A program made the translations under genes and the position numbers. A model generated the notes under the pieces. The model saw nothing but the letters and a program-made list of their open reading frames with translations, made no database searches and was not told the origin of the DNA. 64,000 bases of DNA, from the NCBI RefSeq assembly GCF_018977255.1, contig NW_024704743.1, forward strand, positions 98,644,001 to 98,708,000, read 5' to 3'. Source of the stretch: Callorhinchus milii (lineage: Eukaryota). Positions 27,502 to 42,160 of this stretch are shown here, piece after piece; position 1 is the first letter of the stretch, and the number at the start of each line of letters is the position of its first letter.

Positions 27502-30500
27502 ACCGGTCCACATAATTTGCCTATAAATTATGTATTTGTAGGCAAATATGCCAGCCAATTTGCACACAGTGATATCTCATAAACAGCATGTGAATCACTT
27601 ATTTTATCTGGTAGATTACTGCCAGGACACAGCAAGAAATTCCTGTCTCTTTTCCAATAATGCCATGGGATTTAGGTAATGACCACCTAAACACTCAAAC
27701 TGGACCTTCATTTCTAAAGTCTTATCCCAAGAACAGCCTCCAACAACATAACACTCCTCCAACAATGTTGAACCCCTCCAGAACTGCACTGAAGTGTCAG
27801 CCTAGATATGAGCTCAAAGTCATGATGTGGGGTTTAAATCCAATAACCTTCTGACCCAAAGTGAAGAGCACAACCAAATGAGCCACCTCATGTTTGTGCT
27901 CAAGTGTATCTGCCATTCTTGCCTTTTTGCCCTGTCAAGATTTGCACACTGCTGTCATAACTGTCATGTTGTTATTGCTGAAAAGTTTGTCTGAACTAAT
28001 GGTATTAATCTTATGCCTACAATAAAATCTGCATGTGTAGCTCTTTCCACAATTATAATCATTGTGCAAACACTGCAATATATAGATTTTTTTTAAACAA
28101 TGAAATCCATTGCCTCCAATTATTATTTTGCAATTTCAATACGACCATAGATGCCTGTTGTAAATTTAGCTGCAGTTCTAGCATACCACAAAATTATGGT
28201 CAAAACATAGACGAATCAAGTAAAATTGCTAATTTTAGGACTATTCAAGTCCATTTGAAATGTTTTGGGAACTTTCTAAAGCAACCCATAAGTAACAGCC
28301 CCTCAATATAGCCCCCTGCAGGGAGAGCTTGGAAGTTGTAACTTTTTGGGGAAGTTACAGGGCGGGGGGGCAAAGGTTTATCCCCTTTCATTGCAAATTG
28401 TAGAACTATGCTGATCCAGCACCTCATCCCGCGGTAGCCCAAGGGGAATGTCAGGAAAAAGTCAGGCCTTGACCACCCGCCATCCCACCAAAAGACAGTA
28501 CCAAGACACACTACAAAGGTAATAGGGTGGGTGGGTGAGGGGTGCGTGTGTATGTGAGAGAGAGAAGGCATGAACGAAACAACAAAAGGGATAGAGAGAA
28601 AAAAAGAGAGGAGGGAAAGAAGTCCTCCTCCCTGATATGACCCACTTCCTACTGATATTTAATATTTTTGAGAATGAGAGATGAATCTCTAAACTGGTGC
28701 TGCTTATTGCTCTACCAATGATCCAATAATAAAACACTGCGGCTAAACAACATAGTGATCTCAATACAGCAAAAATGCACAAGAACATCTGTATTAGCAC
28801 AGTCCTTTCTCATGATATCCTTCTGATATAGTTCTGATAGTATTAAGAAATATGACTGAGTAGTAGCTACTGCACTCCTATTTCATGACACATTTGATAA
28901 CAGAAGCAAATCCCATTCAACACATGCACACAAAAGTACATTTTACAGATTTTATCAATGATTATACATGTGTGTTATAAACTTTGTTTCTTTCTGAGAG
29001 CACGTTAAAACCCAATGAAATTGCTAGAAAAAAAATTGGATTTCATTGCGACACCATCTCATTTAGAATCTGATATAAACACTACTAAATCTATCTTGCC
29101 CTCTAAACACAAAATGACACTGCAATTGACACTCGATCCTGCATTATAAACACATAAACTGACTAACAAATGACTAATACAAACCAACAGTAAAAAGCAG
29201 GTTAGTATTAAATAGTTTAACCCAATTTGCTACTGAAGGTATTATCCATTTCTTGAGTAACCACGTTATTTGTTAAGACACATTTGGAGTTTGTTTACTC
29301 AGGACAGAAATTCCTTACTTAAATTCCTTATGCAAATTATGTTAAAACATCTACCTAGTGTTGCATGTATGCAGCTTTTTTTTAATCTTTCAACTGAACA
29401 AAAACAATTAAGATAACTGCATTCTCTGATAAATAAATTACAAAAACAACTAAAACTAGAGTTAAAATAAAGGTGCAAAGCAGTATATTTTATGTAAGAG
29501 CTCCCTCTTCAGGGTCTCAAAGCTCATTACACACCAATACAAGACAATCAAACAGGAAAACGCAGTTCTGAGATATGGCTTGTTTTTTTTAGGCAAGTGC
29601 CACGTCAGTGGGCAGCTTGAGCTCGTGGACTGGCTGGCTTCCCATTTGCCAAAAATGGCAGACTTCTGGGACATCATGTCACCACCTCACTTCCTACGTG
29701 CTTACATCTGTACACTATTCTCAGGATACCAGCCAGACATGACGTTGGCAGCAATTTGATAACTCAAAAGTGGCCATTTTTGTAACATGTGGCTTTCCGT
29801 ACCCCCATATATCATGGTGCACAGGCGCTGAATGATTATCATGCCCCTATTGTAAAGCTGTTTGCGATGTTATGCATCGCAACTACCGCCTTATAACAGG
29901 GTTCTGCAGTACTTGTAAACCTGAACATTGCTTTATTGCATTGTTACGAAATACCAATTATCCCAATAGAGAACTAAATCAAATATGTGAACTTTTCTTA
30001 CTATCAATTCAAAAATTAAAGACCGTTTTAGAATTAGAGATCTTGGTACATTCAATTTTCAGTGAGTTTAGGCTGTGCCATCTATTGCATAAAAAATAAT
30101 CATACTCAAGTTCTCTGTGCAACCCTAGTTTTATTTATAAAGTTCCTTGATTGATTTCATTTCCACACATGAACAGGACTTGTGATGTTAATTCATTATA
30201 ATTAGTTTAATTACATAAATGTCAGTGTAAGTATCAGCATGAACTCTCGGGCCTCAATAGGGAAAACAGTCTACTTTTTAAACAATGTCTTTAAAAAACC
30301 TAAGGAGTTTTGTGAAACAAAATCTTCCCCCTCTAATTCAATGCTGACTAAAATAAGTCAATGTATATGTACTCCTCTAGGCCTACCCAATAGAACAGTT
30401 TCCATTGCATTATCAATATGTGGAAAATTCTACCTGAGATGATTTATTCCTTTATGTAGCATTTTCGAGTTTCCAGAACTTGGTAAATAGTTGAATTCAG

Positions 30501-31264
30501 ACTTTGTTTTCTCTAGTTCTTAAAATAACTCAAAATAAAAAGCTTCAAAATTGAGAATACATTTTAAAAATTATCAATTTCTGGACCATTTGAAATCAAA
30601 GAGTAAATTTAGACCCAGGTTGAATTTCCCCCCGAATAGATGTTAGGCTGATCAGCTATCATTACGTGGGTCAGATTTGCAACTCTTTATGTAAGATACC
30701 AGATAAGCTTATCTCCAGTTCTCATCACCAATGTTTAATGAGTTTTGAACTTCACTGTAAATTTCCTCCTCAGTCTCTTCCAAAGCCCAGAGATACGTGT
30801 CTTCTACCCTTGGGGATTTACCATACTGCTTTTATGCTGCAGTTTTAGAAGCTTAAAATCTGAGCCTGCTGTATTTTGAGCCTTTGTCACTTCTACATCG
30901 CAACTGCACTTCCGGAAGATGCTTGCTTATTATTATTATGCTTGTTATTTTTCAAGTGCTTGCTTGCTCCTCCATAAAGCCATCCATTCTAATTCTCTTC
31001 ACCCGTGTCCTCTAATATCCTTCCTCTGCATGTATTTGGCTAATTCTCCTTTGCATGCACCAATTGATTCTGTTCTAACAGCTACCTCTGAGAAATTATT
31101 CCATACACCTTACAACCCTTAGTGAGAAGCGTTCTACAGACCCTCATCTTTTACTCTCCGAACCACAATCTTCAATTTATGCCCTCATGTCCTCACATTC
31201 TTTTTCAGTGGAAAGAACTTTTGGCGATTAACTCTTTCATATACAATTCTTAAGCCACGTGAGT

Positions 31265-31675
31265 CTACAGAACTCCAGGGCACTGCTGATGACAGATCAG
31301 CTAGCCTGACTCGACAGCAGACTTAGAGAGGCAGACTGGTCACTGGAGTCAAGGATTCATCCTGTTCCGTTCCCGTTCACCCTGCAAACCAATTCCTTAA
31401 CAAGCAGAGTGGTCCTAACTGGATAAAGGGGGCAGAAAGCTTGCCAGTCAGTCAGTGCTTTATGTGTTTTTTTAGCTGATTAAACTCCATAAATACCCTC
31501 AGCACTCTGGGGTCCCCAGGCGTTTGCTCTTGACAGCCTGCACCTCTCCAAAATGAGGTAAGCAGGATACATCCCTTTAGGGAAAGGTACATTCCATTCC
31601 AATACAGGGCAATCGTCATGGGTAGGTGGGATACATAGAACTCCTTTGGTATGGATTGAATACTCCTAAGCACAA
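31265..31675 (-). repeat. Family X copy
   Basis: ggcagactggtcactgg, aaagcttgccag, ttagctgattaaactcc, ctggggtccccag and ggattgaatactcctaagcac are reverse-strand matches to the 8326 copy. Confidence 0.68.
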
Positions 31676-34600
31676 GTCAGACACCTAGCTCTGTAAAAAA
31701 AAATTAGTAGTTACGTAACAAGGATGCACTTCGGCTCTCTGTATCAGCTTTTATTTTAAAAATGAATCACTTAAGGGTACAGAACTGCTGCAGTTTCAAT
31801 TGTCCTGCTCCAAATAATTTTAAAGGGCTGACAGTATTGCTAATTAAAATTTTAATTTTAAGTACAATAAACGTCATAGTATTTTATAGCATTGAAAAAC
31901 AACAGGTTTCCTCTGAAAATAATTGATATCAGATTATCTTGATACATTACAGCTTTATGGTTTTCAATGTTTCTGTGAAATATAAAGCATCTGTTTAAAG
32001 GTAAATGTGGGTCTTATTCTTTCATTTTATTTGTATTTTGCTGTGATCATATTCATCACATAGCACACATCACAATTAACAGAAAAGTCACTCATATCAA
32101 AGCCATTTTATCACAAAGCTAGACTCAAACTGAGGAAACTACCATTTTTACCATCTTCCGTGCATCCCTAAGTTTTCCTTCCAAACTCAGTTCATTTACT
32201 TGCTTGGCTTGCCTGCTATCTCACTACATTCCATCTAAACAATTTTCATGACCAATGGTGGATCATGATCATCAAGACAATGAAGTCACTGCAAGGATGC
32301 AATGAGAATTTGACTTGACCTGCATCATTGAAAGAGTGAAAATAGCTTGCATATCACCCGTTTGCAAGTGTAAGAAAGCGATGTGATAAAGCTGTACTGA
32401 GATAAGTTCAGTTTACATCAGGCACTCGGCACATATGGAGTCATATACAATAACCTATACTTTACAACTATTATAAAACGCAGCAATGCATGAAAACATA
32501 TCATCGGACAACCGATATGGAGTATTGATAATTAAAATACGATCAGTGGAGATTGAATAACATAGTATAATGATAAACACTACATTACGCAATCGTAGCC
32601 TTCAATTTCCCATGTGGCAAGTCCTCAATTTCAGCCAAACTATGCCTGAAATGATGTTTGATACTTCCACAAAGGACTTAAAAAATTAAGAGAATACATC
32701 ATTGCTCTTGCATCCTTCTTGCTGATCAGATAGAATTGCAATAATAAATCCCAATCTAGAGAATTGTGCATAGTATTTGGGAGTGGAGCAGGTGGGAGAA
32801 AGATGAGAAAATCTTGATAATAGGAAAGAACACTCAAAAAAAATACAAGCAGATTTAAGTTGATTGGCTAATGTTAAAGATTAACTTACAAAAGATGAAT
32901 TTAAAGTGTGTGATATGCATTAAATACTTGCTTTTAAAGATAAAATTAAGTTTATTCATGTTTTATTTAAGTTAAGGTTAAGCATTACAAAATAGCAAAC
33001 GTCTAATTAAAATGTCAAAATAACTTATGACTTCCATTGTGACATTTTGCTTTTGCTAATTATAAATCCATACATATGCTGTACAACCAGGATTCGAGGT
33101 CTTCCTACAAATAAAAAACAATCACAGTGGAAAATACCAAAAAGGATTTTCACTGTTCAAAAGATTATTCAGCAGATTGCAGATGTACCTAAAATAGCAA
33201 CTTTTGCACATTCTAGTCTCTGGCATATCTATATAGAAGCTTCAGAACCATGTGCCAAATGAGCCTGTTAATCCATGCCTGAGGGTTAGGTGCCAAAAAT
33301 AGATATAAGTAGAAATCTTGTGAAGGGATCATATGCAAAATTTTGCATTCAACACAAAGGTTGCTGCAAGGCTATTCCACATAGTTTAGAACACAGTCTT
33401 TTTTTAAAATCTATTAATACATCAATGCTTTGAAATTTGCTATAATTATCCATTGCAACATTCCTGTGAAATGTCAAAGATAAGGCATTCACACATCAGT
33501 TGACTCATATTTAGATGGATTTGATAACAAAATATCACGCTAGGTGCCCGAGCTTCAGCTTATACATTCCTCACTTCTGAAATATCCTCCCTCCACTCAC
33601 CTTTAAACCTATCTTTTCAATTGGGTCTATGATTACCTCACTCTTCCCCTCACTGCTCAGCAATCAACTCAATCACTGTTAATCCCTCTGAGACGTTATC
33701 CTATGCAAAAGGCACAATATAAATCCAATTTGTTGCTGCCATATTATGCTGTAAATTACAAACAATGATATAACATACAGAACCCGAGAGGTAAATCGTA
33801 CAGACTAAGCCTGAATGTATGTCAGAAGATTAAAAGGTCTTGCACTAAAGCAAAAATGGCAAGTTGGAACCACTCCATTATACTAGTGACAATAATAGAG
33901 TAACCAAATATTAAATATTAAAATGCGGCCTATAAAAGCAGCAGTACCAAGGTGGTTAAGTGGCACTTGAGGAATATTCATCTATTAAATGGAAGGGGAA
34001 AGTTTCCCTGCCAAGTTTATAGTAAAAGACTCCAATAATCTGCATCAAGAAACAATGAGATTCCAATGACAGAAATTCACAGAAGTCTCTTTTGTGATGG
34101 TGGAATAGTGGAATATGAGTGTCACTTTAATACATGGGATGCAAATTACCTCAGCAATCACCATGAAGGCTCTCGAATACAATGACCTAAGTCCAGCGCC
34201 TTGGGACATCCTCCCAACATGAAAGGCGCTATACAAATGTAATCTTGCTGTTGTTGTTAAGTCCTAATTTTGATGTCCCAAACCTGTCAATGGCAATCTG
34301 CTATCAGCCACTAGCAATCTGGCTAAAGGCAGATCATGGGATTTCCATATGCTTTGCAAAATCTTCACGTATGCTAGACTGCTCTCTCTTACTAAGATCT
34401 GACAAACCATTTCTCATGGTGGACCACTATCTTTCTCCAAGATCTGTCAGCTTCAAATCCAGAGCAGGTTGGAGTGGTAACAATGTCAGACATACCCACA
34501 ATCAGAGAACTTCAAATTGATGCCTTCATATTCTTAAAGATTCATATTAAATTATGCTTCATCAAATTTACTCCATTGTGGATTGCAGTGCAGTCATTCA

Positions 34601-36634
34601 ATTGTCCAGCATAACATGTCAAGTCTACAAGGAGCTTCAATCCTCTGAACTGTTCATCAATTGTATCAGGTAACTGACAGATATCAGCACTGATATTGTA
34701 CAATTTGTTTTTTTTAAGGTTGACTGCAGATCTCCGTACTCACCTACTCCTCTATTGAATCATCAGTTGTTGAACACCAACACCAGTTGAACAGACCTCA
34801 GTTTATCTTTCTGACTTCTTGCCAGATCCTCATTTGTGAATATTGTATTCAATGGCCAGAATCTCTTTCCAGACTACCCTCCTGTTCCATAATTTTGAAG
34901 CTGGAATCCATAACTATATAGGTAATTTGGTGGAGATTGCTCAATTTATTAATACACTAACAGATTGGCCCAATCTTAAATCACTCTTGGGGGATTGTGC
35001 AGTCTAGCACATTTACACCTGACAGGAACCAGTTTCTGATCACCAGCCAAAAAACTTTGCTAGAAATTGGGCTTGCGCAGACATCAAGCATGCTCAGCTG
35101 TGATTTCCTCGAGTCAAATTGCTTGCCGAAATCACTTTTAGGTTTATACCCCAGCATAAATAAGCATCTTCAGGAAAGCAAGGAAAATACTGAAAAAAGT
35201 GCCCATTATACTAATTATTTGATAAATCAGCTTGCACTTCATGGTTGAAAATAGATTTCTGAGGCACAAACAGCATTTTCAGTTGAACATATATAGCACA
35301 AATTATGCCAATTAGTGCTTGCTATATGTCATCAACTACAATTTATATTGTTGGATATACTGAATTAATGAGTTAATAGTTGTATTTTGTGGGGGTGCAG
35401 CAGCAATAGGTCAGGGGAAACAAATTATCAGATGTCTGGTCAAGATTGAAATGGGAAGTTATTACCTTCTGCACAGTAAAGAACTTCATAACCTCAGATA
35501 AATGCATTAGAAAAAGATGGCAAGGATAATTTATTTAACTTCAAATTTTTTTGACGTAATCAATTTAGGTTAAGAATATTTTTGGATGGATTTCATCGGC
35601 CAATTGGAGTGAGGATCCTGACAGTAGCCAAAAAATCCAAAATGAGTCATGCATCTTTCTTCACACACCATGAGGCAGTGCAGAAGTAATGATCGGCGAT
35701 TGTGTCGTTGTAGCATTTGTTGGGATTTTATGGTATTGTCCATGTACTCTTGTGCTGCAGATGGATAGTCCCATGAATGATTAATTGGTAATTATAATAA
35801 TATTTGGCTTTCACATTAGAAGGATGTCTAAAAGCTTTTCACAGATGTACAACAACTTGCATTTATATGGTGCCCTTCACATGGGGTAGTGTCCGAGAGC
35901 ACTTGGGGACTCTAAATATTTTACAGTACATATTTTACAGATGTGCAGTAAAATATTGGAAATGTGCGATTTGTGGGCAAATATGGCAGCCAATTTTCAC
36001 ACAGCAGTAGTATTAAATACATGGCTAATAATCAATTATAACTACAATCAGACCCCATCAGTTCAACACCAGTCTGTAGAGCTGAGATACATTAGAAGTA
36101 CTATAGATTTCTTGCTTCTGACTGACTAGGTGGTTTCTTGTTCATTGCATGCAGGAAGCAACCTTCAAGGCACTTCCTGCACACAACACAGCACACAGGC
36201 GATGATGTCAACAGCAGCACCTGGACATAACGCCCTTGCACAGTGCACAATTAGTGATGTTTGTGTGAGCCTAATAACCCAATAGTGCTGACCAGCAACC
36301 AATGTTCCACACCACAGTGGGGTCTGAATTTATGGACCCAAACCACCACATTGTAATGGGGACCAAATGTATTAGTAACCAACAAAGGTAAACACTAATT
36401 ACACCAAAGCATATGTCAAAGACAACTTAAACAAGCTAATTAACCACCAATATAAAATCAGGAATATTTGATTTAAAAGATGAATGTTTGTGCTGCAGCC
36501 TTTGAGAAGCATTGCAATAGTTAATGACCAGACAGTATATTAAATAACAAATTTGTATAATTATGGATAATCAGATTGCATTTTACTCATTTCACTGACA
36601 AAGTTTGAGAACGAGTATCAGGTATAATATAAAA

Positions 36635-36925
36635 ACATTGTTGCATTTGATATAGCGCCCTTCAAACTGGAAGGACATCTCAAAGCACTTCACAAGATTT
36701 ACTGCAAAATGCAGTAATGCTGGGAGATCTTCAACTTCCACCTGAATTGGCAAACGAGACCCCAATTATAACATCTTGCTCAAGGATGGCACCTCCGACA
36801 ATGCAGCACACCTCCAATATTGCAGTGGCAGCTTAAACTGTATGAGTTCAAAGTTCCAACATAGAGCTTGAAGCCCCAACCTTCTGATTCAAAAGTAAGA
36901 GTGCTACCAACTGAGTCAGACTGAC
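36635..36925 (-). mobile_element. Older tRNA-headed SINE
   Basis: tgcatttgatatagcg tail, ggatggcacctccgacaatgcagcac core, gagtgctaccaactgag head (reverse strand). Confidence 0.7.
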
Positions 36926-37692
36926 AACTAAAATCATCTCAATACTGAAAAATGGAACCTAACCTTCCACATGAAAAAAATCTTAAAAGGATTTGTCAAC
37001 CGCATGAATAGAAGTGTATATGTTAAATAAAGTACAACACAATCAATACATTTCATTTGGTATTACCACGTCTACAATCTTATGTGCAAAATAATTTAAT
37101 CTAGATTTTTGAGACTAAAAATTTATTATAATTTCCACTGTTCCAATTTCCAAAAGAACTATAGCGACAACCAGGCTAAAAAAAGCACGACAGGCAACAT
37201 GACTATGTATACAAAATCAATTTTGGAATATTTGCTGCATCACGTTTCAGCAAACAAAAAAACAGCAGATGTAATAAAAATTAAACTCAAAAGCAAGCAT
37301 TTACACATGTACAGGCTCAAGAAATATCTCAATTCATTTAATCTACAGGTAAGTTTCAAAAACAAATGAGGGTCAAATGATTGGATTAAAAAAGAGCCGA
37401 AGGTCAAACAAAACAAGACTGCAAATGGTCTGGCTCATGAGTTGCTGGGGTGGTTATTCAGAGTTCAAGGTGAGGAGGCTTTGACAGGAGCTCAACAGGA
37501 TGGTTTAACGTCTGTCAGTGTTTAGTTGAAAGTTAAGGCTCATCCAGAACCATAGGTTTGACAGTGCAGTGACAATTATATACCATACTTCACATTTTTC
37601 ACAGAAGTCATCTAAGGTGCAATTATCCATCATCAGCTCTCTTCATAAGAACATTATATCCTGTATATGTATACACATAAAATGTACTGTCA

Positions 37693-37839
<147 letters not shown>

Positions 37840-40094
37840 TCAGGGGGTGGGGAAGAAAGGGTGTGTGAGAAAGAATTTTAATCAAATGCAGTACAATTTC
37901 ATTTTTTAATTGATTTATTAATGGTGTCTTAGTTTGTTGGGTTTACAGCCTCAGTTTAAAAAATTGTAAGCCTTTTCTTTTGCAATATTTTTGTGCACAA
38001 AAGTTTCTGTCATAAGCAGACCAAAAGATGCTAGCAATAGATAACATATCGTAATACTTCTCCCTTTCCAATTAACAGTCTAGCCTACTATAACAGGCTT
38101 CACTAAAGCGTGAACACTTCTCATGTGGTTGCACTGTGGAACCTGTTCATTGCGTATGTATGCAGCCAGTCTACTTGTTTCCGTTGTACCAACTTCCAGT
38201 TCATTAGGTTGAACCAAAGTGGGAACATCTTTGATTGAAAAAACTCAGGATTTGTTTTGGAATTTAGTTTGGCACATCCAAAAAACTGATGAAGTTGTTC
38301 CATTCTGCCTGCAATAAACTTAGGCAAAAAATATTACTTCATTTTCACTCTGTCAGATCGGTAGAACGTAGCTCTGTCAGAAATAAATGTGAGCAATTAT
38401 GATGCAAAGTAACACACTTGGACAAGAACATGCCCTGAAGTACATTTTGTACATATAGTACCATTCTGAGGTTATTTCCACACCATTTTAGGGTTTACAG
38501 GTCACCTGTGAATGAGGATTTGCACATCAATCAGTAAGACTAAATATGGGTACTAAGCCGATGTGATCTTTGCACCATTACAGTGTTCAAAGGTCATCTG
38601 TGACCATGCCACTGTGAATCAATCAACTGAACTACAATGCATGTGAATCCCAGATCAAAGAAAAGTTGAGATTTTTTACACAAGTAATACTCACTTACCA
38701 TCTTCGTATAAAATTTAAATGGCTTTTTTTCATAAAGTGCTGATACTTAAACTTATCTAATAGCAGCATAAATGCAGCACAAAGTAGAATGGAGCCACCA
38801 AATACAATTTTAATGTAGTTAATTGCTAGATTTGAATTTTTATTATTAGGCCAGAATTGGCTCGGCACTTAAGTTTGTGAAGATAGGGCCCAAAGGAGAT
38901 ACATTTTAAATGTAGGTAAAATATGATTGGAAATTCATAGAGATTTGAATCAGCTAGTAATTTAGGCTGTATTAAAAAGGAAATTGCATTATGAGGGTAA
39001 AGTGACAGCTGAACACATTCTTTTACACAAGTACCAACGAAAAAAATTGGTATGCATTTAACATTATCTGAACAGTTCAGTTGTTGTACTGCAATCTCAT
39101 TAAATATAACTATAACATTTTGTCAACTGAAATATCACAGAATACATTGGTTTGAAAGTTCTGACAGCTCATCATAATGAAAAGCTATAGTGGTGAATTT
39201 CACTGATATTTAAACTAACATTCAATCCACACCGGAGTGATCCAGACACTTTGCAAATTTTCCAAGTGAACGAGTTATACAAGAAAATAGGTACAACTAA
39301 GATATCACAGGCACAAATTGTTCCTACCACTGTCAAAAGGCACATTGATGCCTGTAATGCACCACTTTTCTTCCCAACTTTGATAATTAACATTTTAAGA
39401 ATGAAAACAACACTAATCTTATTTAATTCCTGATCATTTTTGCAGCCATGATGTTTTTGCAGATGATGTTTTGCACAAATTAATAGGTTACATCAAAACG
39501 TAGCTAAAGACAAAAGCTTGGATTCATCAAAATTAAGCTTCAATTTGTTTTTTCAAAAAGCAAGTAAAGTGCATTAATTATGCAAAATAATGGTGAAATT
39601 ATGCATGATTAACATATTTTAATCATACAATTACTCCCTCCCTCAGAAATGTATTTGGGATAACTTCAGACTCAGTCTTATTGCAGCACCTGTATCTATC
39701 TACTTTTGATTTTCACAATAGCAATTTAACTTCTCCCTTTCAGCTACAGCTTTATAACACTCCAAAATTACCATTTTTAATCATAACCATATAATCATAG
39801 ACTTAAAATATTGAAAGGACCAGACTTTGAGATTATCAACAGTTAAAGAACAAAAACAATTCTCAACACAAATAAGGTATCTATTGAGAGTATGTTTGAT
39901 CCTAAACTTAAAATGCCAAATTAACATTTGTAAATTCACAATTTCCAAAAACTCATCTTTTGAAGTAAAGTAAGAACCTAATAAAGTTTAGTTTATCTCA
40001 CTGAGCATAAGTGTGTGTAGAGAGGTAAGGCTTTGAGAGGTAAGCAGCTGCTGTTTAAGCTCCACATCTCCAACTTGCGGAACCATCGCTCAAT

Positions 40095-40465
40095 GGGAAA
40101 GTACTTTAGGACACTGCTACTGATAGTCCAGCCAGCCTGACTCATTGGCAAGACTTGGTAGGGCAGACCAGTCACTGGGGACAAGGATTCTTCCCACTCA
40201 GCTTCTGTTAATCCTGCAAGCCAAAACCCTAACAGGTAGGTTCTAGCTGGACGAGCAGAGGGAAAGCTTGCCAGACGGTGCTTTCAATTGCAAGCTAACA
40301 ATACACAATCTGGGGTCCCCAAGACTTGGCTCTTGCCATCTGTACCTATTCTTCTTCAGAATTAGGTTAGCAGGATGTGTCCCTCGAGAGAGCAAATGCA
40401 TATTCCATTACAATAAATAGGTGGGACATTCTTAGGAATGCTGATGGATTTCCACATATGTACGA
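40095..40465 (-). repeat. Family X copy
   Basis: gcaagacttggtagggcagaccagtcactgggg...cccactcagcttctgttaa...ctggggtccccaagacttggctcttgcca is a reverse-strand match to the 8326 and 15200 copies. Confidence 0.78.
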
Positions 40466-40649
40466 CACCCAGGTGACCAAAAAAAGTTTTTGCATCCAGG
40501 TATGAAGTATTCCTTTGAAAGTAAAGAGTTTGATAAAAGAATGCCAACTGAGATGACCAGCTGAAGTTCAACAACTGCTTTCAGGTGCAAAGACAGGAAC
40601 AATCAACTTCCAGCATCCCAATTTCAATCAGGTTTGAATTTCAAATTGC

Positions 40650-41019
40650 TATAATAATAGTAATCCTTGCATTTGATATAGCCTCTTATGCCTTTGAGAC
40701 ATCTCAAAGCACTTCACAGAATATACTGTAAAGTGAATTGACTGTATATTTTGTGGGCGTAATGTGGCAGCCAAACGTGCACAAGTGTCCCACAAAGAGT
40801 CGTGAATTGAAGGGACCAATTTATTATTACTTTTTGAAGGAATTATTACCCCCGGAAAAGCGATCCACCAATCGACTAACAACCAGGTTCCTACTTACTG
40901 CTAGGTAAACAGAGGCGTATGGAGTAAGAACATTTGCCCAGCATTTCACCCTGCTGGGAATCAAAACCAGGTTTCTCGCTTGCGAGGCGAGTGCTCTAAC
41001 CACTGAGCTATAGGACTCC
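40650..41019 (-). mobile_element. tRNA-SINE, full length, long subtype
   Basis: Head GGAGTCCTATAGCTCAGTGGTTAGAGCAC on the minus strand, with family body and tail. Confidence 0.92.
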
Positions 41020-41471
41020 ATGCTATAGTGTACTGATCGGAAGAAAACCTCTCAAAAACACAACAATGGTATATAAACCAAAGTTGTTCCATTGCATCTT
41101 TAATTTATCTCCTTGCGATTTATGTTTTGACTGTTTGGGATGGTTATGGAATATGGGGTAGGGTAGGCTTTAGGTTGTGGCACTTTTTTTTTAAACACTT
41201 TTTTAAAAAAAGTCTGTTAAACTTCGATTCACCCCACAAGTGTTATCTCATATTTTAAAAAGAACTTCCAAACCTGACACAATGGGCAAAGTTGGTAACA
41301 TCATGATTGCAAATCCATGTCTTATTGTTCGGTGCACGGAATATTTTTTAACAATCTGCTTTGCTTTACTAGTTGTTGACGTTAAGTATAAATCAATACA
41401 AAAAAGTCTGAAATCAGAAACCATTAACATAAATAGCCATGAATATACTTAACAAATGATTATTGATGTCA

Positions 41472-41594
<123 letters not shown>

Positions 41595-41823
41595 TTACAA
41601 GTACAAAATTGTTTCACTTGTCTCATCATTTTTGTACTACCCAAGTAAAAAAAAGTATATAATGAGAAATTCAGATTTATTATATACATTTTGTTGAAGT
41701 TTTTGGTCATCAACAACACTATGGAGCTATAAAGATGTCACTCCACTTCACGGCAAATCCCATGAAGCACATGATTATTTACTATTACACCGTTGGCAAA
41801 TGCACGTTCAAAAATAAATTGTA

Positions 41824-42160
41824 TGTCAGCTTGGCTCACTTTGTAGCACTCTTGCCTCTGGGTGTCAAGACTTGAGCTTGTAGTCCAGGCTGACACACCA
41901 GTGCAAAGCTGAGAGGAACATCATATTTTCAGAAATGTCATCTTTCTGCTCATGTGGAATTTATATATTTCACTCTCGATAAAGACAAGTGCTTCTCCTG
42001 GTGTCCTGGCCAACAGATCATTCACTTCATTGCTGTTTTGGGAACCTTACTCTGTGCAAAATGGCTGCCACGACTGCTACAAAAGAGTCACTATATTTGA
42101 CAGTGATTATTGTAAAGTGCTTTGAAATATTTAGACTGGACAAGCTATTATAAAAATATA
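41824..42160 (+). mobile_element. Older tRNA-headed SINE, degraded
   Basis: gtcagcttggctcactttgtagcactcttgcctctg head, tgtgcaaaatggctgcc core, gtaaagtgctttga tail. Confidence 0.6.

Noticed and set aside
28790..28825. Minus-strand ag|GA TAT CAT (G-Y-H) as a candidate start of exon 14
   Set aside because: Reads GYHEKGLC then TAA, with a poor acceptor.
33030..33190. Minus frame LFGIFHCDCFL, resembling exon 14 VFGVFSDCLL, with nearby acceptor-like AG sites
   Set aside because: Similarity does not extend. The frame from the upstream acceptor stops after a few codons and no donor gives the right length or phase.
34744..34812. Strong minus-strand donor AG|GTGAGTA as a candidate end of exon 14
   Set aside because: The upstream sequence does not encode anything like LQISTSLPR, and the nearest AG lacks a pyrimidine tract.
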